A DNA stretch of 64,000 nucleotides from a virus: IMG/VR virus record IMGVR_UViG_3300042731_007944, positions 40,988 to 104,987 of that record; one strand, given 5' to 3'. Shown here one piece after another: positions 19,325 to 27,632 of the stretch (its first letter is position 1; each line of letters starts with the position of its first letter). The notes under the pieces are model-generated. The model searched no databases. It had not been told where the DNA came from and was given only the letters and a program-made list of their open reading frames with translations. The position numbers and the translations under genes were made by a program.

Positions 19325-21819
19325 CAGCGGCTCCCCCAGCGGGTGGCGGTGGACACGACGCGGCTTTCCTGGGTGCGCTGGGCGTTCGTGATCCGCTTGG
19401 CAAACGCCTCCACGCTGCGCTCGTCCACAATATTGTTGCCTTCAAACACGACGGTCACCGGCGCGGTGTGCGCGGGTGTTGCCGCCTGCGCCTGTACCTG
19501 TGGCGGCTGATACTGTGACCGCGTGGGCATCGTGAGCACGCCTACCCCGCTCGCGCCGTAATACGATCCGCCCCCGGCCAGCGCACTGGCAATGTTCAGG
19601 CCCCCTCCGGCCATGTACTCGCCGCCTCCGGCCAACATCGTCGCCAGGCTCGATCCAATCGCCTGCCCGGTCGTCTTCGCCTGGGAGGTCACGCCCTGAA
19701 GACTCGATCCGATGCCGTCCACGGACGCCACGACTTTGTCCGCCCAGGACGCCATTTCTGGGAACACACTATGCTCATAGGCTTCATCGCCCAACGCCTT
19801 CACCTCTTCTTTTGCGCCAAAAATTTTGTCTTTCAATTGTGTCATGGCGACGCCCACTTTGTCAACCATGCGTGACATGCCTTCACTCACCGCTTCCCAC
19901 GCGCCTGCTAATTCATTTTTCAGCAAATCAATAATGGTCCGGATACTGTCGCCAAGCGTGCCAAACACATCCAAATACGCTTCTTTAAAGCCATAGGCGC
20001 TATCACCCATTAATTCAAATCCGGCAACGACCGCCTGAAACAAGGGCATCGTGATTTTACGCGCCTTCTCGATCCCCCCCGCGATACCATCCAGTACCGG
20101 CCTGATCACGTCCCACGCCACACCGAACGCATCGCCCACTTTTTCAGCGAAATCCACAACTTTCGTCAACTTAGGAATCAATTCTGTGAGCGCCGGGCCG
20201 AGCGTCGTCACGATCTCTTTGGCCGTTGTGAACGCTTTACTCAGGCCCGTTTGCCCGGATTCGTCCGGCGTGGTGTACTTCACAAACACCTCTTTAATCT
20301 GCTCGCCCAGGCCCTTCAGGGTTTCCCAGAATTTCGAGGCCCCGGCTTCAACAGAATCCCAAAGGGTTGCCCCGTGCTCTTCGACATACGTCATCCAGAC
20401 TTCAAACTGTTCTGATAGCGGTCCAATGACGGCCCCGGCAAGTTCCAGGGCTTTATCATGGAGAATACCAAACACCTCATGTAATTTCTCGCTGTTCCGG
20501 CTCCACTCCTCAAATTTGTCAACCAAGGGGTTAATGTAATTTTTGAGGAAATCCGCAAATGTTTCGGCAAATGGTTCGCCGAATGTGATCAAAATGCTAT
20601 TCCAAATACTACCAAGGACTTTTTGCGCTTCTGACGCCCGATCTACCTGACGGGCATAACTGTCCATGTGTGAGTTTGCGCTAATAAATGCGTCCTCAGC
20701 AATTTTGAAAATAGATAAAAAGCCCTCTCCAATAGGCATTGTCTGATCCATTGCCGCTGCTAATGTTGAAATAGCTTTGAGGCCGATTGCTCCAAAAGCA
20801 TCGGTGGCAAGGGTATTTTGATCAACCCCCGCCCTGATAGATTCAACGGACATATCCAGGCCGTTAAACGCCTCGGTGAGCAAATTCATTGTGTTGAACG
20901 AATCCTGTCCGAGGGCATATTGAATCATTTCACCGAGTGAAGAGAAGGAGATCCGGCTTTTGCCGGTGATCGCCTCTAATCTGGCAATGGCTGCCGTTCC
21001 GCCGTCTGATTGTGCCGTCAGCATTTTCGCTGCGGCGGCTAACGCATCCGTTTTGGTTGTCAGGTTGAAATAGGCACTTCCCATCTGCCGCGATGCGCTC
21101 GTGGCCGCTAATCCTCCTGAGATCAGAGCCCCGCCCCAGGCTGTCGCTTGTTCATAGCTGAGCCTCATCACAGCGTTATTTTGCCCCATTGCCTTGTTAA
21201 AATTGCTGATCTCAAGCTCGTTCGCATTCATGCTTTTGCTGACAGCATCCAGGGCAGAGAGCATATTTGCGGTAGAATCAGCGGCGAGTTTAAAAATGGT
21301 CTGGGATTTCCCCATGTGGAGGGCGAGCTTTTCCGTACTACCTCCAAATTTATCAAGTGCAACAGCGCCAATCCCGACTTGACGTGAAAATTCGGCGATT
21401 GACTCAGCGCCTTTGATCCCCATCTGACCAGCAACCTGCGCCACTTCAAGAAGGTTGGCGGCCGTCAGACTCCCAATTGGTTTGGCGAGTTCGCGGATCT
21501 GTTTGCCGAACTCATCAAGGGCATCGCCAGTCATGCCGGTGGTTTTTCCGACTAGCGCGAGGGCGTCATCATACGTTTGGTAGGCATCGACGGCATCAGT
21601 CACAAATTCCGTACTGATGTCCATCATCGAGGAGGCGACATTGCTAACAAGGTCAATAATGCCACCGAAGGCTTTGGTCGCAATAGAGGCGAGTGATGTG
21701 AATGCGCCACCGAGAGAAGTGACGCCCTTAATTGAACCCCCGAGATCCAGGCGGACTTTTACGGTAATTTCATCGACTGTTGCCACTACGTGGTCGTAGA
21801 GCGCCCGTGTTGACGCCAC
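19324..21819 (-). CDS. Tail tape measure protein (start may be a GTG near 21790)
   Basis: Long Ala/Gly-rich helical protein; VGKTTGM...AQVAGQMGI, HSVFPEM. Confidence 0.9.
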   Translation of the reverse strand: MASTRALYDHVVATVDEITVKVRLDLGGSIKGVTSLGGAFTSLASIATKAFGGIIDLVSNVASSMMDISTEFVTDAVDAYQTYDDALALVGKTTGMTGDALDEFGKQIRELAKPIGSLTAANLLEVAQVAGQMGIKGAESIAEFSRQVGIGAVALDKFGGSTEKLALHMGKSQTIFKLAADSTANMLSALDAVSKSMNANELEISNFNKAMGQNNAVMRLSYEQATAWGGALISGGLAATSASRQMGSAYFNLTTKTDALAAAAKMLTAQSDGGTAAIARLEAITGKSRISFSSLGEMIQYALGQDSFNTMNLLTEAFNGLDMSVESIRAGVDQNTLATDAFGAIGLKAISTLAAAMDQTMPIGEGFLSIFKIAEDAFISANSHMDSYARQVDRASEAQKVLGSIWNSILITFGEPFAETFADFLKNYINPLVDKFEEWSRNSEKLHEVFGILHDKALELAGAVIGPLSEQFEVWMTYVEEHGATLWDSVEAGASKFWETLKGLGEQIKEVFVKYTTPDESGQTGLSKAFTTAKEIVTTLGPALTELIPKLTKVVDFAEKVGDAFGVAWDVIRPVLDGIAGGIEKARKITMPLFQAVVAGFELMGDSAYGFKEAYLDVFGTLGDSIRTIIDLLKNELAGAWEAVSEGMSRMVDKVGVAMTQLKDKIFGAKEEVKALGDEAYEHSVFPEMASWADKVVASVDGIGSSLQGVTSQAKTTGQAIGSSLATMLAGGGEYMAGGGLNIASALAGGGSYYGASGVGVLTMPTRSQYQPPQVQAQAATPAHTAPVTVVFEGNNIVDERSVEAFAKRITNAQRTQESRVVSTATRWGSR

Positions 21820-21896
21820 AAAAAAACCGGACAGACGGAGTGTAGCGGACCCCGTGTTTGTCCGGTAAGAAAATCATGATTTCGTGTGTTGGCAGC

Positions 21897-21939
21897 AGTA
21901 TGGCAGGGGGGTGGTGAAAAGTCAAGTGAAAATTTTCAC
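21897..21939 (-). promoter_or_regulatory. Sigma70-type promoter of tape measure gene with palindromic operator
   Basis: TTGACT-17-CATACT; GTGAAAATTTTCAC at 21926-21939 abuts -35. Confidence 0.6.
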
Positions 21940-22107
21940 TGTGAAAAGAAAGGCAACTTATTTTTTTGTGCCATAGGGGAAGCGTAAAAAGGCTGACGAA
22001 ATTTGTCAAGTTTTTCTCGCAAAAATTATTATAAAAAATGGGTCTTTTTTGGTAAATATACCTTGACAAAAAACCTGTTCATCTGTCAGTATTATCTATG
22101 TTGAGAG

Positions 22108-22130
22108 TTTAAAGAATAATATTGTTAGCA
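22108..22130 (+). other. attI-like site heading the cassette array
   Basis: TTTAAAGAATAATATT-GTTAGCA; GTTAGCAGGC is the reverse complement of the first attC start GCCTGCTAAC. Confidence 0.55.
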
Positions 22131-22143
22131 GGCTTTTGAATAT

Positions 22144-22239
22144 GTGGCGTGTACCGTAGGGGTAACGAGAGGACAGACCTTGTCTCACGTACTCGCGATG
22201 CCGTGAGGCCCGTTGGTTCGATTCCAACCACGCCACCCA
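22144..22239 (+). ncRNA. tRNA-like RNA in cassette 1
   Basis: Acceptor (G)TGGCGTG/CACGCCA(C), CCA end, T arm GTTGG-TTCGATT-CCAAC; non-canonical central region. Confidence 0.65.
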
Positions 22240-22259
22240 CAGAACAAGAAAAGAGGAAG

Positions 22260-22481
22260 ATGATGTCATTAGCAAAGATATTTTTTACCCAGTTAAGACT
22301 ATCGCTTTGTTTGCTTTTTTTGCAACTCGTTTTGAAAATTGTTCCAAAAGATGACGATGAAGGAAAACTCATTATAGCATCAATTGGTGCATTGGCAAAA
22401 ATGGAGTCGGCCTTGTTATCGTCACAACTGCCTGCTAACAAGGCCATGCAAAAGACACAGGCCGATGCCCGCAAAAATTAG
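22260..22481 (+). CDS. Cassette ORF, hypothetical (reads into attC)
   Basis: GAGG RBS; ORF. Confidence 0.5.
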   Translation: MMSLAKIFFTQLRLSLCLLFLQLVLKIVPKDDDEGKLIIASIGALAKMESALLSSQLPANKAMQKTQADARKN

Positions 22482-22555
22482 GAAATAACTATATACTGTA
22501 TCGCCCGCTATCAGGTTCACTCTTTGCCTGTGCTTCTGATGGCCGGCCGTTATGA
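22433..22555 (+). repeat. Integron attC site
   Basis: TGCTAAC...GTTATGA; GGCCAT(G)CAAAAG(A)CACAGGC pairs with GCCTGTGCTTCTGATGGCC, leaving extrahelical bases. Confidence 0.85.
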
Positions 22556-22566
22556 GGCTTCGTTAA

Positions 22567-22842
22567 ATGGCAATCCGATTAAGGAAAATAGAAAATACGT
22601 ATGTAGCGTTATGTGCTGTTGAATCAGACGCAAAAGTTGGCGATATTTATCTTGATGATAATATGCACCATGCGCTTTATACGAAATTCGCAATAGATTT
22701 TAATAGTGAGCGGAATTGCGGTATTGTGTTTGATGAAATTGTCGCAAAACTTATGGAGTCTCAAAAGGTTCGTGATGCACAAGAAGAAGCCGAGAGGTGG
22801 AGTGCAGAACGCCGTCATAACGCTCCAAATCAGCAGAGGTGA
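22567..22842 (+). CDS. Cassette ORF, hypothetical
   Basis: Starts just after attC; ends across an attC remnant (GTCATAAC 22814). Confidence 0.65.
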   Translation: MAIRLRKIENTYVALCAVESDAKVGDIYLDDNMHHALYTKFAIDFNSERNCGIVFDEIVAKLMESQKVRDAQEEAERWSAERRHNAPNQQR

Positions 22843-22845
22843 CGT

Positions 22846-23076
22846 ATGCGAGAAATAAATTTATTGAAGTGGATGCGAGATCATTGTTTGCGTTATGGCA
22901 GTATTGGAATTGCTGCAAAAAGATTCACTGTCTCGAATATTTGCTATGAATTGTTCATAGACCGCGATACCATTACGACGGAGATTGAAAAAATGGTTGA
23001 AAGTGGTTTGGTAATGTGGTTGTTTGATAAAGATACGCTTGAATTAACAAAAAAAGGCATCCATGCAACCTCATAA
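22846..23076 (+). CDS. Cassette ORF, small winged-helix-like protein
   Basis: GAGG RBS; stop in attC R''; LELTKKG motif. Confidence 0.6.
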   Translation: MREINLLKWMRDHCLRYGSIGIAAKRFTVSNICYELFIDRDTITTEIEKMVESGLVMWLFDKDTLELTKKGIHATS

Positions 23077-23200
23077 CAATAAAATGCACGTGAGTTTGCC
23101 CGCTGTCAGCAGTTTCCAGCGTTGCACTTCCGCTCACATGTTGTCGTAGTCCAAACGTGGTTGCCCGCTATGGCAAACCACGTGATTTTCAGCGTTATGA
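23071..23200 (+). repeat. Integron attC site
   Basis: TCATAAC-AATAA-AATGCACGTGAG...CCACGTGATT-TTCAGC-GTTATGA. Confidence 0.85.
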
Positions 23201-23253
23201 GGCTTGTATGACACGTCAATTTGAACTGTGGAATCAGGGAAGATGGATGGAAG

Positions 23254-23471
23254 AATTTCCGGCAGAGATCATTACGAATTCCCGCGCGCCGCAAGGCGGG
23301 GGCTTCCTGATGAGTGGGCCAGATGGAGTAGCCCCGGAATTGTCCCGCAGGCTCCCTGAGCTAAGAAAGGGCGAGAACCCTGAAAGTGAGAAGGGCTGAC
23401 ACTCGGAAAGGACGAGCTAACCTGTCGTCATAAATTGATAAGAAAGGCGACCCCGGACGAGAGTAACCGGG
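23254..23471 (+). ncRNA. Putative structured ncRNA in an apparently non-coding cassette
   Basis: Chain of GC-rich hairpins with purine-rich loops; no convincing ORF. Confidence 0.45.
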
Positions 23472-23565
23472 AAATCTTGAACATATTCCGTGGGGAGTGC
23501 TCCGAGGAGAGAGCCCCGGCTGTGCAGCATCCAAAAAAAGAATGGCAGCCAAAACAGGAGCGCCA

Positions 23566-23666
23566 TCATAACAAGCAATTTCACCAGACAACGCCCGCCG
23601 TCAGGTGTTTTGCAGATTAGAAACCACGTCGCAAGCGGGCATTGCAGGTGATTTGCGGCGTTCTAA
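23566..23666 (+). repeat. Integron attC site
   Basis: TCATAAC-AAGCA-ATTTCACC...GGTGATT-TGCGGC-GTTCTAA. Confidence 0.8.
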
Positions 23667-23686
23667 TGCCTTCAGCGGAGGATGTC

Positions 23687-24013
23687 ATGTTTGAAAAAAT
23701 AGAACTTACTAAAGACAATCTTTTGGAATTTCTATCAAATAATGTGTGCGCGAAAGACTCTGAATTCAATCTTGAACTATGCGAATCAAAAGGCCGTGGC
23801 CGCAGTGGGCGTACAGTTTTTTATATTCATGGCGAATTGATAAGCCATTTGTGGAAAACATGTCAAATTAATCGAGCCCCTCGGTTTTCCGTATTCTCCG
23901 ATCAAGATGTCATTGAAAGGGCGAATAACTGGATAAAACGAAAAAGAAAGTTGTTGGTTGGGGCATTAGAACAAACGCTTGCAAAAGACCCCAAAGACGC
24001 GGGCGAAAATTAA
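23687..24013 (+). CDS. Cassette ORF, hypothetical (reads into attC)
   Basis: GGAGG RBS. Confidence 0.65.
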   Translation: MFEKIELTKDNLLEFLSNNVCAKDSEFNLELCESKGRGRSGRTVFYIHGELISHLWKTCQINRAPRFSVFSDQDVIERANNWIKRKRKLLVGALEQTLAKDPKDAGEN

Positions 24014-24073
24014 TCTTGTTAACGTCAGCTTCGGTGGCCGCGTCTTTGGGGCTGTTGAAGCGAGGCGTTACAT
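23966..24073 (+). repeat. Integron attC site
   Basis: TTAGAAC...GTTACAT; CCCCAAAGACGCGG/CCGCGTCTTTGGGG stem. Confidence 0.85.
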
Positions 24074-24136
24074 GCCCTCCCCGTAGGCGTAACCGCTCAT
24101 TGAAAACTTAAAAATCTTCCTGAAATCAAAAAAACA

Positions 24137-24186
24137 TTCAATTTGAATAAATAATACTTGACAATATTCATATTGAATATTATATT
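24137..24186 (+). promoter_or_regulatory. Cassette-internal sigma70 promoter with two palindromes
   Basis: TTGACA-17-TATATT; TTCAATTTGAA and TTCATATTGAA. Confidence 0.6.
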
Positions 24187-24238
24187 ACATGTGACGCTGA
24201 AAAAGGGAACATAAACACAAATTCAGGAGGATTCAATC

Positions 24239-24535
24239 ATGACAGCTTATGAAAAAAACCAGGCAATGTTAAACAAGCCAAAACAACAGTTATACCCCCT
24301 TGAAAAAGTTTTGAGAAAAGAAGGGTGGGAATACATGTATTGCGACAATACAAGCGAGGTATGGGATGTAAAAGCCCTGCTTGAAAGCGAATGTCCGGCA
24401 TTGCAAGAATTGTGTCGCCCTGAGATGGGAGAAGGTGAGGTCGTCTTTCATTTTCATCAATATTGTTTGCGCAAGGGTTCGCTTGGGGTTGCTGCCTCAG
24501 TGAACACTTTTCGTACTATCAAAACGACCATCTAA
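24239..24535 (+). CDS. Hypothetical protein (possible toxin of a two-gene pair)
   Basis: AGGAGG RBS; precedes XRE gene. Confidence 0.55.
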   Translation: MTAYEKNQAMLNKPKQQLYPLEKVLRKEGWEYMYCDNTSEVWDVKALLESECPALQELCRPEMGEGEVVFHFHQYCLRKGSLGVAASVNTFRTIKTTI

Positions 24536-24547
24536 GGGAGATTCGCA

Positions 24548-24958
24548 ATGTATCCACGTATCGCGACAGCAGCGCAGATTATGGCGGCCTTAATGGCCGC
24601 CCTCGGCTGGAAACAAGCCGACGTAGAGCAAGAATTAGGCTTCAACCAGAGCGAAATCAGCAAGCTTCTTACTGGTGATATTGGCTTCACCAAAAAAACA
24701 GAGAAGCTTGTGGATTTATATTTAGAGCATAAGCTTTCTGACGATCAGAAGCGTGAATTTGGATGGGAAATCTTTTTGCAGCTTCATCGCGAAGAAGTTG
24801 TCGATTTGGCGAAAAAAGCCGGATGGTTTCCGCGCTCTGGCAGCAGTTTAGAACTTGATGCGTTTTTACTGCCAGATGGTTTTGAGGCTCCGGCAGTTGA
24901 AGCGTATTCAGAATTATGTAATGTGTTAGACGCTACAAAAATGGAGTATGGCATGTAA
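24548..24958 (+). CDS. XRE-family HTH protein
   Basis: LGWKQADVEQELGFNQSEISKLL; stop in attC. Confidence 0.75.
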   Translation: MYPRIATAAQIMAALMAALGWKQADVEQELGFNQSEISKLLTGDIGFTKKTEKLVDLYLEHKLSDDQKREFGWEIFLQLHREEVVDLAKKAGWFPRSGSSLELDAFLLPDGFEAPAVEAYSELCNVLDATKMEYGM

Positions 24959-25055
24959 CAAAGCGTTTCACGGGACTTTGCCCGCCCGCGACGTTTGATT
25001 CAGTTTTGAAACTTGGTTCCGGGGCGGGCAAACCCCGTGAACGCAGGCGTTATAA
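24953..25055 (+). repeat. Integron attC site
   Basis: ATGTAAC-AAAGC-GTTTCACGGG...CCCGTGAAC-GCAGGC-GTTATAA. Confidence 0.9.
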
Positions 25056-25080
25056 ACCTTAGCGCCAACGGAGTACAAAC

Positions 25081-25801
25081 TTGAAAATAGGCCCATACGA
25101 AACAAATCAGATTTACACCGGAGACGCGAGAGCCTTGTCAAAGGAAATCCCTGATGAGTCTATCGACTTAATTTTGACCGATATATCAGAATATAGAAGA
25201 CTATCTGTGGCTTTCAAATTTGGCTCAGAGAGTGTTGAAACCGAATTGCGCCTGTCTTATGTGGCAGGGCCAGCAGTGGCTTTCTGACACAATCTGCGCG
25301 TTGAAAGCGGGGCCTTTGGCGTATCGTTGGGTTTTGGGGTGGTATGCGTCCAACAATATGCAGATGGTCGGCAAGATAGGGCGCAAGATTGCGCCCTGTT
25401 TATGGTACGAGAAAGGCCACAGCAACCCGTTCAAAGCCGTCCGTGAAGTGGTTGACGTGCCGATCCCAGGCAAGAAGCCGCCGTTCAAATGGGCGAAGAA
25501 TCCGAAAGCTCTTGCGTATTATCTCAGCAAGTTTGCAAATGAGGACAGTGTCGTTTTTGACCCGTTTTCAGGCATGGGCAGTTTACCGGCAGTCTGCAAA
25601 AGTTTTGGGATAAATTTTCTTGCCTTTGAACTGGAAGCGGATCGCGCAGAATCAGCGCGTGAACGTTTAGCCCAAACTCCGGTGCCATTGCCTTTTAAAG
25701 TCCTGCAATCAGAGCAAACAAGCTTTGACTGTGGGGTTTATAACAATGGCATGGAGCCGGATTTGAAACCCGCCGCGTCAAGTTTTGCGGCGAACAATTA
25801 A
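25081..25801 (+). pseudogene. N4/N6 DNA methyltransferase (beta class), frameshifted at the catalytic motif
   Basis: IYTGDA...IDLILTD, frameshift, then RVLKP...VFDPFSGMGS. Confidence 0.8.
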
Positions 25802-25847
25802 CAACGGTGGGCGGCGGGCTTCAAACCGCTCATGCCTGCCGTTATAA
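25738..25847 (+). repeat. Integron attC site
   Basis: TTATAAC-AATGG-CATGGAGC...GCTCATG-CCTGCC-GTTATAA. Confidence 0.9.
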
Positions 25848-26143
25848 CGCATATCATACTCAACGTGGGCAGTACAACAAAAAGCTGTAAAAACGTCTTG
25901 CGCTTTCCAGATTGATGCGTTACGATGATTGGAAGAGAGGTATGGTGGCCCACACAGCACGGTTGCGCCGAGGTTTGTTCACGCTACTCCTCGTCAAATA
26001 TGGTGTGGCGTTTTGTGATGGTTGGTTGCCTTTGGTCATGGCGCAACCGTCCAGTGTGGAGTCAGGGGAGTTGCTCGTATCAAAAATACGCATCGCGCCA
26101 CGCTTCGCGTCGCGCTTATTTGGATTTTCGCCCCAGAAATATT

Positions 26144-26335
26144 ATGCAGTACACAGTAAATTTTTTAGAAAACGATGGAGAATACATAGGGATCTTGACA
26201 GTGAATTGTGATCATGGTGTTAAGGTCGATGAAAGTGATCCCCGTATATTTTATGCCGACAACGTAAGTATTGCCATTGATGAGGAAATTGTTTCTGTTA
26301 AAGATGATAATGGTAATGTAGTATTCAAAGGGTAA
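26144..26335 (+). CDS. Hypothetical protein
   Basis: Small acidic ORF directly upstream of 26343. Confidence 0.55.
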   Translation: MQYTVNFLENDGEYIGILTVNCDHGVKVDESDPRIFYADNVSIAIDEEIVSVKDDNGNVVFKG

Positions 26336-26342
26336 ATATAAT

Positions 26343-27002
26343 ATGCCTGTTCCAGATCACGTCATCTTTGGCCCAAATTCCCAAGGCGAGGGAATCACAT
26401 ATGGGCAAGTTCGCGCCCTTGAAGAAAACGATCGTTACTCAGCGCTGAAGCAGAGACTCGATACTTTTCTGATTTCACAAATACACGAACTCGCCAAAGA
26501 GGAGGACGGGCAAAGAAAAGTCTACAGCCCATTTCCATTATTCTTGCTGACATGCATAGCCATAGAGGCTCTCGGGAAGGCATTGTACCGACCCTCCCAG
26601 CCTATGTCTGATAAGGACGCTCAACGTGAAGGCTTCTTTACGGTGTGTGGCAAGATCGATAAACATTTCTCCCGACCGTTGCGTAAGAAGGATAAAAAGA
26701 GACTTGATATGCTTTGGGGAGAAAATATGCAGAAAAAGCCTGAAACGTTGGCAGATGTGATATATCGTTTTGGTCGGCATACTATGGCGCACGGGTTTCG
26801 AGGAAAAGGAGTCTATCTTACCGAAGATAAGAAGATCGAATGGGAATTTATTGACTGTGCGTTATATTTAAATCCTTACTGGTTCTGGCGGACATTCACG
26901 GCTGTATACGAACAGGGATGGGCTGCGTTGTTTGAGAATAAAGAGCCAACGAATACACTAAAACGTTCGGCTGATCAGTATTTGGCAGAAATATTGGAAT
27001 AA
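26343..27002 (+). CDS. Putative HEPN-like protein
   Basis: IAIEALG helix and RHTMAH (Rx4H). Confidence 0.5.
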   Translation: MPVPDHVIFGPNSQGEGITYGQVRALEENDRYSALKQRLDTFLISQIHELAKEEDGQRKVYSPFPLFLLTCIAIEALGKALYRPSQPMSDKDAQREGFFTVCGKIDKHFSRPLRKKDKKRLDMLWGENMQKKPETLADVIYRFGRHTMAHGFRGKGVYLTEDKKIEWEFIDCALYLNPYWFWRTFTAVYEQGWAALFENKEPTNTLKRSADQYLAEILE

Positions 27003-27024
27003 ACCAACAAAAAGGGAAGTAATA

Positions 27025-27054
27025 TTTAAAGGCGTTATAATAATATTGTTATAA
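27025..27054 (+). other. Second attI-like site in place of an attC
   Basis: TTTAAAG-GCGTTAT-AATAATATT-GTTATAA; no attC hairpin. Confidence 0.5.
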
Positions 27055-27078
27055 CCACCTTAGAAGGAGCAGCCAACT

Positions 27079-27402
27079 ATGGGCATGAAAAAACATACAT
27101 ACGTAATGACTGGGATAAAATTGACACCTAAAATGCTTGAGACTCAAATGATTGATATTTTCAGTGACAAACTGCTTCCACTTGTTGAAGGTCATAAAGA
27201 TGTTTCGTTGTCCATTGTTTATGGTGAAGGAAGTAGCGTCTATGCTGGAAAGATTGTTGCTAAAAGTGAACCATATAGCGATGATGTATCACAAGAGCTA
27301 CAATTCCCGTCTCGTCAGGAAGTGGCAAATGAGTTGAGGAAATATGGGTTTAAAATTGAATCCTATTCCGTTAATAACTGGTTTTTCGATATTTGGCGAT
27401 GA
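27079..27402 (+). CDS. Cassette ORF, hypothetical
   Basis: AAGGAG RBS; ends at attC. Confidence 0.7.
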   Translation: MGMKKHTYVMTGIKLTPKMLETQMIDIFSDKLLPLVEGHKDVSLSIVYGEGSSVYAGKIVAKSEPYSDDVSQELQFPSRQEVANELRKYGFKIESYSVNNWFFDIWR

Positions 27403-27506
27403 TTATAACAATGCGTTTCAAGCGACTCCTGCCCGCCACGACGCTTTGGATAAGCTTTGAACTTTAGTTTCAGGCGGGCAGGAGCGCCTGAACGCAAACG
27501 TTAGGG
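27403..27506 (+). repeat. Integron attC site
   Basis: TTATAAC-AATGC-GTTTCAAGCG(A)CTCCTGCCCGCC / GGCGGGCAGGAGCGCCTGAAC-GCAAAC-GTTAGGG. Confidence 0.9.
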
Positions 27507-27632
27507 CGCATATCGCTTGTAGCATAGTTGGTTGGTACGAGCAGTGAAAAATAACTTGCGCCCGTAACCAATCCATGCCATATTAATTCGATTTGAGATA
27601 ATGGAGATAATATACAACAAAAGGAGAATGAT

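Noticed and set aside
23307-23345. Hammerhead ribozyme (CTGATGA)
   Set aside because: Stem II is followed by CGGAAT rather than CGAAA, and stems I/III could not be built
22433-27506. CRISPR array or simple terminators
   Set aside because: Repeats are ~100-130 nt, divergent, separated by whole genes, and have attC geometry
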